A DNA stretch of 42,404 nt, from the IMG/VR virus record IMGVR_UViG_3300032312_001204, positions 1-42,404 of that record; one strand, given 5' to 3'. Each line of letters begins with the position of its first letter. Position 1 is the stretch's first letter. The notes beneath the pieces were generated by a model, which was given only the letters and a program-made list of their open reading frames with translations, was not told where the DNA came from and searched no databases. Origin of the DNA: a virus. Lineage: Duplodnaviria; Caudoviricetes. A program made the position numbers and the translations under genes. This document shows, one piece after another, positions 30,354-37,259 of this stretch.

Positions 30354-30680
30354 ATGTCAGAAGAAACAAACAACGAAGGAGGATTATCAGGATTGAAAAA
30401 AACTATCATTGGAACTCTAGGAACTATTGTAACAGCAGGAGGAGTATGGTTAACAACTCAACTTGGTGGGGGTGAATCAACAAATAAAGAAGAAGTAAAA
30501 ACAGAACAAGTAGCTCCTGCACCTGCAGCAGCACCTGTTGTAATTAACTTACAAAACAATAACACCAACCAACAAAAACAACAAACAAACAATTCTAACT
30601 CAGCTAAAGCAGCACCTGCTCCAGCACCTGTTCAACAAACAGCACCTGCTCCTGCACCTGCTCAAAAAGAATCATGGTAA
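30354..30680 (+). CDS. Membrane-anchored low-complexity protein (PA-rich and N/Q-rich)
   Basis: N-terminal hydrophobic helix; APAPA repeats; VVINLQNNNTNQQKQQTNNSNS. Confidence 0.7.
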   Translation: MSEETNNEGGLSGLKKTIIGTLGTIVTAGGVWLTTQLGGGESTNKEEVKTEQVAPAPAAAPVVINLQNNNTNQQKQQTNNSNSAKAAPAPAPVQQTAPAPAPAQKESW

Positions 30681-31387
30681 AAAAAGTACTTTATATACTA
30701 TTTTTATTATTTAGTATAATAGGCTCCGCTCAAACAATAGGATCTGTTAAGACTGAAGAATATAAAGCTGATTTTGAAAAGAAACAATCATTGGATGTGG
30801 TATCTGATTATGCTGGGGATATCATCATTCCTATTCAGATTCTTAAAATTGGTATCAACGAAGAGTTGTACGAAATGTACCCAGAACTAAAAGATAAAAG
30901 AGTTGGTTTAGGGGTGTCAAATATAGTATTAGAGTATTTAGAGTCTACAAATAGATTTAAATTTACAGAAGACAGAGAAGAAATAAAACAAAAAATGATT
31001 GCCCAACATATAGCTTCAGCTAAGGGTATATCAGAAAATAAAATAGAAGTTAAAGGAAATGTTATATTAGCAAAGTATTTTGTTTATATAGAAGTTTATG
31101 ATTTCAGTATAGGTGAGGATGAAGAAGTTTCAACTTCAGGAGCTGAAATAAGACAAAAAACAATATTAGGGTTACAAGTAAGATTTGTGGATACACAAAG
31201 CGGTGAAATAATTACTGGATCAGGATCCGGTGAGGCGGTTACAGTGAAGAAAGCAAGCTTATTAGATGGACTCGACGATATAAAATTTAACCAATCAACA
31301 ATCGGAGTATCTACCAAAAAGTCATTAGAAACTGCTTCTTCAAGAGTCGTAAGTAAAATGATTAAAAAGGGGATATTTCCGAACTAA
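30674..31387 (+). CDS. CsgG/HfaB-family-like exported protein
   Basis: G.G.S..V...L..TNRF...E.R.E; AKYFV...VYDF; LQVRFVDTQSGEII, as in CsgG-fold proteins. Confidence 0.7.
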   Translation: MVKKVLYILFLLFSIIGSAQTIGSVKTEEYKADFEKKQSLDVVSDYAGDIIIPIQILKIGINEELYEMYPELKDKRVGLGVSNIVLEYLESTNRFKFTEDREEIKQKMIAQHIASAKGISENKIEVKGNVILAKYFVYIEVYDFSIGEDEEVSTSGAEIRQKTILGLQVRFVDTQSGEIITGSGSGEAVTVKKASLLDGLDDIKFNQSTIGVSTKKSLETASSRVVSKMIKKGIFPN

Positions 31388-32820
31388 TGAAAAAATGGAT
31401 TTTATTATTTTTACTATTATCAACCCTGACTTCTTGGAGTCAGTACACCTATACTTACAAAGACCCTTGTACCTTAACATTAAAAAGTGTATTTGTACCT
31501 GCTGGAGGTGGTGTAATGGTAAACTATTTTGACAATCAAAATATATTTACTTCAAATGACTTTTCTTCAGGGGTTTTTGACAACTGGATAGCTCAAGTAT
31601 CCCAACAAAATTCTAACTCACCATGTGAGTCTGTAACTACAGCAATTGTAAACAGTATAACTAATGTAACAGTTGCTAACACACTAACTGTTGTTACAAA
31701 TGTAATATCAGTAACAAATGTAGCTCAATCTATAGCGACCATAGGAGGATCTATGGGAAGTTCTATGACAGCTACAGCCGGAGGTGTAACAAACTCCTCA
31801 CAAAGTGAAGGAGGTAGTACTAACCAAAATTCAAAAAATGACAAAAAATCAGATTCAAATACACCTACAGGAACGAATTCAGGAACTACTGGAACAAGCC
31901 CAACAGGTAACCAAAATCAAGGAGGCCAAACCAATCCTAACTCTTCTGGAGGAACACCTTTACAATCTTCAACAGGAACACCTCAACAAGGAGGAGAGAC
32001 TACAAATCCAAATCAACCAACTTCAACAGGAGGTTCAACGTCTGAGTCATCTGTAGAAGGATCAAGTGGTAGCAGTAATAACTTAGCTAACTCTTTATCA
32101 AATTCAGTAGACGGAGGATCAGCTGATGGGGGAAGTTCATCAGGAGGTGGAGGTACATCAGGTGGAAGTAAAAAATCAAATTCAGCTGCTAAAAGTGTAG
32201 GGAGTTTAATTGCTTCAGGAGATGTAGTAGCTATTGCTAATACTAATCAAACTCAGAACTTTAGATTTGTAGGAAGTATAACTCATGCTAATACTAGAGG
32301 AACTAGAATTAAAGGAGTATTATTTAATTACACCTCAGGTGTTAATAATCTTAATGTTACTTTTTATAAATCTTGGATTAATAAATCTAAAAAATTAAAT
32401 ACAGTAGGTGCTCAATCCATTATGATGGATTTTGATAAAAACTTCTTTAGTACAACTACAGTATTAGAATCTTACAAAGTAAATAAGAAATTAACAGGAA
32501 TGTTTGGTGTTAATTTTACAGCAGGTAAAATGGGAGAAAGGTCTTTACTAAACCTGTCTGCAGTAGCCGGAGGACATAGTAGTTTTAAAATAAATGACAG
32601 AGTCAGTACTAGTATATTAATACTAGGAGTATACTCTCCATTCACCCAGTTCTACGAAGGTAAATGGTGGGATGCAGGTATAATAATAGTACCATTCAAT
32701 TCATGGGATTTAAAAATAACTAAAACATTTAAGTTTAACGTAAGTTTTACAGGAGTATACGAAGCAGGTAACGAATTTTTAAATTATCAAATATTAACAG
32801 GAGGTAAATTAGCATTTTAA
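31387..32820 (+). CDS. Putative outer-membrane beta-barrel protein with a long S/G/T/N-rich linker
   Basis: Signal peptide; two DPC/SPC cysteines; low-complexity stalk; amphipathic strands; terminal Phe (GGKLAF). Confidence 0.6.
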   Translation: MKKWILLFLLLSTLTSWSQYTYTYKDPCTLTLKSVFVPAGGGVMVNYFDNQNIFTSNDFSSGVFDNWIAQVSQQNSNSPCESVTTAIVNSITNVTVANTLTVVTNVISVTNVAQSIATIGGSMGSSMTATAGGVTNSSQSEGGSTNQNSKNDKKSDSNTPTGTNSGTTGTSPTGNQNQGGQTNPNSSGGTPLQSSTGTPQQGGETTNPNQPTSTGGSTSESSVEGSSGSSNNLANSLSNSVDGGSADGGSSSGGGGTSGGSKKSNSAAKSVGSLIASGDVVAIANTNQTQNFRFVGSITHANTRGTRIKGVLFNYTSGVNNLNVTFYKSWINKSKKLNTVGAQSIMMDFDKNFFSTTTVLESYKVNKKLTGMFGVNFTAGKMGERSLLNLSAVAGGHSSFKINDRVSTSILILGVYSPFTQFYEGKWWDAGIIIVPFNSWDLKITKTFKFNVSFTGVYEAGNEFLNYQILTGGKLAF

Positions 32821-32822
32821 TT

Positions 32823-32888
32823 ATGAAAAAAATATCAGATTTTTTAGCAGCTTTATACGATAGAATTTCAAATTTCCTTTTTGGATAA
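32823..32888 (+). CDS. Possible 21-aa amphipathic micropeptide MKKISDFLAALYDRISNFLFG
   Basis: Fills the gap between two genes; TTATG start context like its neighbours; not in the ORF track. Confidence 0.4.
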   Translation: MKKISDFLAALYDRISNFLFG

Positions 32889-32905
32889 TAAAACAGTGCA
32901 GTATT

Positions 32906-33364
32906 ATGAAAAAATTATTTTTATTATTATCGTTAGTATTTTTAGTATCAGCTGATACATCCAATAAGGAATGCTACAAAGTAACAAAAGTGTCTTCACA
33001 AGTTGAAGCACCTGAGATGAAAAAAGAAAGAGTTGTATTCGGTATTAAACAAATGACCGAAGAAATTCTATCTGAAAAATATGATATATGTGAAGATGGA
33101 ACTCCAGTTGAAGTAGAAGTACTATCAGTTGAAGCACCTTCAACAAATACATCTTTAGGTCCATTTTCTAAAACTAAAAAAATTACTATTGTAAAACTTA
33201 GACTTATAATAGGTAAAGAAGAATACTGGGGTCAAGGAGAAGCAAACATAACAGTTCAATCAACATTCCTGGATTTGAACGACGATAACCTACCATTTAA
33301 TAAAACTGCGTTCTCCGGAGCTGTTAAGAAGGCTTTAGTAGAAGCTATAGATGAAATGAAATAG
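32906..33364 (+). CDS. Exported protein, shorter paralogue of the CsgG-like protein
   Basis: Signal peptide; G.GEA.....L..L.D....FN......A.KK.L..A aligns with the C-terminal half of 30674..31387. Confidence 0.6.
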   Translation: MKKLFLLLSLVFLVSADTSNKECYKVTKVSSQVEAPEMKKERVVFGIKQMTEEILSEKYDICEDGTPVEVEVLSVEAPSTNTSLGPFSKTKKITIVKLRLIIGKEEYWGQGEANITVQSTFLDLNDDNLPFNKTAFSGAVKKALVEAIDEMK

Positions 33365-33397
33365 ACTTGGTTTTCCAAGTCTTTTTTATTATATTAG
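33364..33397 (+). terminator. Terminator fused with a -33/-7 promoter
   Basis: GACTTGG/CCAAGTC stem plus T6; CTTG-N20-TATATTAG. Confidence 0.7.
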
Positions 33398-33435
33398 ACC
33401 CAATTAAAAATAAGAAAAACATTTTTTAACTCCTG

Positions 33436-33467
33436 CTTGGAATAGCAGGATATTTATATTATATTAA
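33436..33467 (+). promoter_or_regulatory. Second -33/-7 promoter within a hairpin
   Basis: CTTG-N20-TATATTAA; TCCTGCT/AGCAGGA stem. Confidence 0.6.
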
Positions 33468-33481
33468 ACAAAAATAAAGTT

Positions 33482-33706
33482 ATGGAAGAACAAAAACCTT
33501 ACATGATGTCTCTTTATGACTATCTTGGTAGAGCAGCTGGACCTGAATTAGGAAAAGAAGTAGCAGAAACTGCTGTAAAATTAAAAGAAACTATAGAAAA
33601 ACGGTATGTAACTAATACTCGTTATAAAGGTGAAATTTTAATGTACCGTAGAGAATTTCTTGATCTTTACTTTGGAAACATGGTATATGAAGGAGATAAA
33701 AAATAA
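33482..33706 (+). CDS. Hypothetical protein
   Basis: 74-aa ORF, SLYDYLGRAAG..LG..V. Confidence 0.7.
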   Translation: MEEQKPYMMSLYDYLGRAAGPELGKEVAETAVKLKETIEKRYVTNTRYKGEILMYRREFLDLYFGNMVYEGDKK

Positions 33707-33736
33707 CGTTTGCCTATACGTTTCAAATACCTGGCA
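33705..33736 (+). promoter_or_regulatory. Candidate H-type pseudoknot in the queC leader
   Basis: AACGT/ACGTT stem; loop TGCC pairs with downstream GGCA. Confidence 0.35.
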
Positions 33737-33756
33737 CAAATTAAAACAAATAAATT

Positions 33757-34605
33757 ATGTCTAAAAAACATGTTGTAGTATCACTTTCAGGTGGTATGGA
33801 CTCAAGTACTTTGTTACTTAGATGTCTAAAAGAGTATGATAGTGTAACAGCTATCTCATTTGACTATGGTCAAAAACACAGAATAGAACTAGAGAGAGCA
33901 GCTTCATTAGTTAATTATTTAAATGATAAAGAACAGGAAGTAACTTACCGTCAAATCCAATTAAATGGATTAGTTGATTTATTAGACTCAGCTTTAGTAA
34001 CAGGAGGTGAAGAAGTACCAGAAGGTCATTATGCAGAAGATAATATGAAAGCAACAGTTGTTCCTAACAGAAACAAAATATTTGCTTCTATTACTCAGGC
34101 AGTAGCTTTATCAGTTGCAAATCGTACAGGAGAAACTTGTGATATTGCTTTAGGTATTCATGCTGGTGATCATGCAATTTATCCTGACTGTAGACAAGAA
34201 TTTAGAGATGCAGATGATGCAGCTTTTAGAATTGGAAATTGGGATGCTGAAAGAGTAGGTTATTTTACACCATACTTAGAAGGAGATAAATTTACTATCT
34301 TACAAGATGGAGAAGTATTGTGTGAAGAGTTAGGATTAGATTTTGAGGAAGTTTATTCAAGAACTAACACTTCTTATAAACCAATTATGTTTATTGAAAG
34401 ATCAGAAGTAGACAAAGACGGTAAAGGATATGAAATGGAAAAATGGTATTCAGATTATAAATCAGCTTCATCAGTTGAAAGAGTAGAAGCATTTATTAAA
34501 TTAGGAAGAAAAGATCCAGCTGAATATGCAAACGAAAATGGTCCTGTAACATGGGAACATGTAGTAGAAGAAGTAACAAAAGTATTAGATAACCATAACA
34601 ATTAA
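33757..34605 (+). CDS. queC: 7-cyano-7-deazaguanine (preQ0) synthase
   Basis: SGGMDS, FDYGQKH..E, TVVPNRN, YPDCR.EF. Confidence 0.93.
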   Translation: MSKKHVVVSLSGGMDSSTLLLRCLKEYDSVTAISFDYGQKHRIELERAASLVNYLNDKEQEVTYRQIQLNGLVDLLDSALVTGGEEVPEGHYAEDNMKATVVPNRNKIFASITQAVALSVANRTGETCDIALGIHAGDHAIYPDCRQEFRDADDAAFRIGNWDAERVGYFTPYLEGDKFTILQDGEVLCEELGLDFEEVYSRTNTSYKPIMFIERSEVDKDGKGYEMEKWYSDYKSASSVERVEAFIKLGRKDPAEYANENGPVTWEHVVEEVTKVLDNHNN

Positions 34606-34609
34606 GATT

Positions 34610-34990
34610 ATGTTTGAAGCAAACACAACAACAGGATACTATTCAGGAACAATAGGGACAGTATCAACAGGAACAACATTAGGACATTCAGGAACATCTA
34701 TCAACACAATAGCTGATGGTTATTCAGGATTAACCTTACAAGGAAATTCAACAATTAATTTTTCAAATCAAATTCAAAATAACATGACACCAAAACAAGT
34801 ATACGTAGCAGTATTCACAATCAAAAGAGATAAGGATACAAATGAAATCAATTCAACAACATTTGTAAAAGAATTATGGGTTGAACAAAAGAATGGAACA
34901 TCAATTGATTTACTAGTTGCAAAAAAATTAGATAAAGATTTTGATCCAGAAACTACAATTATTAAAGTACTTTCAACAGTAAGTTTCTAA
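34610..34990 (+). CDS. Hypothetical protein
   Basis: 126 aa, T/G/S-rich N-terminal half; coupled to the next gene. Confidence 0.55.
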   Translation: MFEANTTTGYYSGTIGTVSTGTTLGHSGTSINTIADGYSGLTLQGNSTINFSNQIQNNMTPKQVYVAVFTIKRDKDTNEINSTTFVKELWVEQKNGTSIDLLVAKKLDKDFDPETTIIKVLSTVSF

Positions 34991-35265
34991 TGGCATTCTA
35001 TAGAAAGAAACCCGTAGTAGTTGAAGCAATTCAATTTACAAGAAATAATATTACTGAGGTTGAAGCCTTTACTGAATATGCCGCTCATACTTTTCAAATT
35101 GAAAGAAGAATAGATGGTATAGCAACTTGTATAATTCCAACTCTAGAAGGACAGCATATAGCAACAGAAGGAGATTTTATTATTAGAGGAGTACAAGGTG
35201 AATTATATCCATGTAAACCAGATATTTTTGAAAAAACTTATGAATTAGTTGGCTCCCCAGAATAA
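34990..35265 (+). CDS. Widespread small phage protein of unknown function
   Basis: YRKKPVVVEAIQF...TLEG...A..GD.II.G..GE.YPCKPDIF.KTYE. Confidence 0.8.
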   Translation: MAFYRKKPVVVEAIQFTRNNITEVEAFTEYAAHTFQIERRIDGIATCIIPTLEGQHIATEGDFIIRGVQGELYPCKPDIFEKTYELVGSPE

Positions 35266-35279
35266 GTTTCATATATTAT
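35248..35279 (+). promoter_or_regulatory. -33/-7 promoter
   Basis: GTTG-N20-TATATTAT. Confidence 0.55.
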
Positions 35280-35310
35280 AGTCTAAATTATTAACAATAA
35301 AAACGTAAAA

Positions 35311-35472
35311 ATGAAAAAAGTATTTTTAGTATTAGCATTATTAACTGGTTTAATAGTTACAAGTTGTAAACAAGCAGGAACAGCTGAAACATCAACAGTA
35401 GACTCAACAGAGGTAGCAGTTGATTCAGTTCAAGTAGATTCAACATCAGTTGACACTACAGTAGTAGAATAA
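35311..35472 (+). CDS. 53-aa lipoprotein with repeated D-(S/T)-(T/V) motifs
   Basis: MKKVFLVLALLTGLIVTS-C lipobox; mature part KQAGTAETSTVDSTEVAVDSVQVDSTSVDTTVVE; absent from the ORF track. Confidence 0.75.
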   Translation: MKKVFLVLALLTGLIVTSCKQAGTAETSTVDSTEVAVDSVQVDSTSVDTTVVE

Positions 35473-35481
35473 ATTACCAAG

Positions 35482-35565
35482 AATCGGTTAGTGTAATCAG
35501 CGTAATGCTGGCAGAGGGTAACACCGCTTCTACGCGGGATGAGGGTTCGAGTCCCTCACCGATTC
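35482..35565 (+). ncRNA. tRNA-like RNA with an expanded D-loop and a non-canonical anticodon arm
   Basis: AATCGGT/ACCGATT acceptor, perfect T-arm GAGGG-TTCGAGT-CCCTC, D-loop containing an extra hairpin. Confidence 0.6.
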
Positions 35566-35571
35566 CAAATT

Positions 35572-35942
35572 TTAAGATTACCGTTCTTTGAATTTAAAAA
35601 ACAAAACTATGGAACAAATTTTAGCATTTGTTTTAGGTGTTGGTATAGCTCTCTTTGTATGGGGGGTTGTGGTAGCGTTTAGAACAGCAAGCAAAGTAGC
35701 AAAACAAGAAAAACAGTTAACTGATCTAGAGAACTGGATTTCTAGAAATGACGAATTAGTAAATCGTAGAATAGATCAAGAAATTGATCGAGTAAATAAT
35801 TTACATAAAGACAGTATTTCATTTACTGACTCTAGAGTAGATAAATTAGAACAAAAACTTTCATCAATTGACAATGATGGATGTGAACCCGTTAAAAAGA
35901 AATTAATAAAAGGATAAATTAATCAAAAGAACGGTAACTTAA
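35572..35942. repeat. About 20-bp inverted repeat pair (35572-35591 / 35923-35942) flanking one gene
   Basis: TTAAGATTACCGTTCTTTGA versus TCAAAAGAACGGTAACTTAA; 12-bp perfect core. Confidence 0.75.
35609..35917 (+). CDS. Membrane-anchored coiled-coil protein
   Basis: ATG 35609 preferred over TTG 35588; N-terminal TM followed by coiled coil. Confidence 0.7.
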   Translation: MEQILAFVLGVGIALFVWGVVVAFRTASKVAKQEKQLTDLENWISRNDELVNRRIDQEIDRVNNLHKDSISFTDSRVDKLEQKLSSIDNDGCEPVKKKLIKG

Positions 35943-35983
35943 TTTTTCTTTAATATTTATTAAGAAACATTTATAATATTAAT

Positions 35984-36400
35984 ATGATACACGAAGTAGG
36001 CTCTTGGCAGCATTTTGTAAAAAGGCAAGATAATCTTGGATTACCCATAATGGAAGTTAAGCAAAAGTACTTAAAAGAAATGAATAGTAACCCTATTGAT
36101 TTATCAAATATTGACCAAGGAGGTGGTAGCAAAAGAACAACTCCTGCTCCTGTGATTTATGTATATAATTTTGATGCTTGTTGCGAAGGTGGGTGTGCTG
36201 CAACAGTATATTCAACCTCTCCTTCAATAATAGTTGGAACTGTTTTCTATACCAATCCACAATTAACTAATCAGTGGACTTCTCCTTGTCAGGATTATCT
36301 ATTAGACGGATGTGTTCCTTATGGTGACTTTGGTTTTGGAGGATATAATATTATAAATGGTGTAGTTATATTGTTAGATAGAGGAGTAAATTGTCAATAA
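35984..36400 (+). CDS. Hypothetical protein with a Cys-containing beta-rich C-terminal domain
   Basis: 138 aa; preceded by the ATATTTAT motif. Confidence 0.6.
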   Translation: MIHEVGSWQHFVKRQDNLGLPIMEVKQKYLKEMNSNPIDLSNIDQGGGSKRTTPAPVIYVYNFDACCEGGCAATVYSTSPSIIVGTVFYTNPQLTNQWTSPCQDYLLDGCVPYGDFGFGGYNIINGVVILLDRGVNCQ

Positions 36401-36460
36401 TATTTAAAACAAATTAAATTTTCTATCTCTATTATATATTTATAATCACATAATAACAAA

Positions 36461-36604
36461 ATGATACAAGCACAAAACATACATCAACAACTTAGCACAG
36501 CGACAAGAGCACTTAATACGTGGTCGGATTCGTTATGTGGGGATGTCATTTTAGGCTTTAGCGCATATAATAACGAACCGAAACAAGGTAAAACCGGGGT
36601 ATGA
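36461..36604 (+). other. Short ORF (47 aa) and/or structured small RNA ahead of a terminator
   Basis: Own ATATTTAT motif at 36436; internal stem TTCGTTAT/ATAACGAA; followed by a strong terminator. Confidence 0.35.
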
Positions 36605-36634
36605 TATAGGTAAATAAAACATATAACATAAATT

Positions 36635-36673
36635 AAGACTCGGATCAATTAAAAAGATTCGAGTCTTTTTTTT
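36635..36673 (+). terminator. Strong intrinsic terminator
   Basis: AAGACTCGGATC/GATTCGAGTCTT stem plus poly-T. Confidence 0.85.
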
Positions 36674-36681
36674 CACTTAAG

Positions 36682-36713
36682 TTTGGCTATTGGAAATAGG
36701 TTTCGTATATTAC
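36682..36713 (+). promoter_or_regulatory. Promoter of the tRNA array
   Basis: TTTG-N20-TATATTAC. Confidence 0.75.
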
Positions 36714-36730
36714 AACATAATAAAAATAAA

Positions 36731-36748
36731 GAGTTCATTGACATATTG
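36731..36748 (+). promoter_or_regulatory. boxA-like antitermination element
   Basis: GAGTTCATTGACATATTG between the promoter and the first tRNA; resembles Bacteroidota rRNA-operon boxA. Confidence 0.55.
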
Positions 36749-36761
36749 GATAAAATAAGAT

Positions 36762-36845
36762 GGAAGGCGGCCGAATGGACGAGGAGCTGCTCTTGAAAAG
36801 CAGTAGCGGGTAACACCGTTGTGGGTTCGATTCCCATGTCTTCCT
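36762..36845 (+). tRNA. trnS: tRNA-Ser(TGA)
   Basis: Cloverleaf, loop CT-TGA-AA, long variable arm. Confidence 0.9.
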
Positions 36846-36851
36846 CAATAT

Positions 36852-36923
36852 TGGCTTATAGTGTAACGGTTAGCACAAAACACTTTGACTGTTTTAGTCT
36901 AGGTTCGAATCCTAGTAAGCCAA
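36852..36923 (+). tRNA. trnQ: tRNA-Gln(TTG)
   Basis: Cloverleaf, loop CT-TTG-AC. Confidence 0.92.
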
Positions 36924-36929
36924 CAACTA

Positions 36930-37005
36930 CTGGTAGTAGAGGAGTCCGGTTTATCTCGCTCGCCTTGGACGCGAGAGCACGCAAGTTCGAATCTTGCCTA
37001 TCAGA
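36930..37005 (+). tRNA. trnP: tRNA-Pro(TGG)
   Basis: Cloverleaf, loop CT-TGG-AC. Confidence 0.9.
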
Positions 37006-37011
37006 CAAATT

Positions 37012-37082
37012 GCCCTCTAGGCTTTAAAGTGAAGCACGATACTTTTAATATCGGGAAGAAGGAGCGTTACCTTCAGGGGGTA
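37012..37082 (+). tRNA. trnK: tRNA-Lys(TTT), atypical T-loop
   Basis: CGATA-CTTTTAA-TATCG anticodon arm; T-arm GAAGG-AGCGTTA-CCTTC. Confidence 0.75.
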
Positions 37083-37087
37083 CAAAA

Positions 37088-37180
37088 GCTACATACACAA
37101 CCTTACAATCTCTCAGTTAAAAGCTGTTGTAAGATTAAGTAATAAGACAACATGCTTATTAGTTGTGATCAGGTGTAGCA
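37088..37180 (+). ncRNA. Structured non-tRNA RNA candidate (three-way junction)
   Basis: GCTACAT/GTGTAGC, CACAAC/GTTGTG, CTTACAA/TTGTAAG and TAATAAG/CTTATTA nested stems. Confidence 0.5.
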
Positions 37181-37183
37181 CTA

Positions 37184-37254
37184 GCCTCGTTGGCGTAATG
37201 GGAGCGTATTTCTTTTACATGGAAATGGCAGTAGTTCGATTCTACTACGAGGTA
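37184..37254 (+). tRNA. trnV: tRNA-Val(TAC)
   Basis: Cloverleaf, loop TT-TAC-AT. Confidence 0.85.
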
Positions 37255-37259
37255 CAAAA

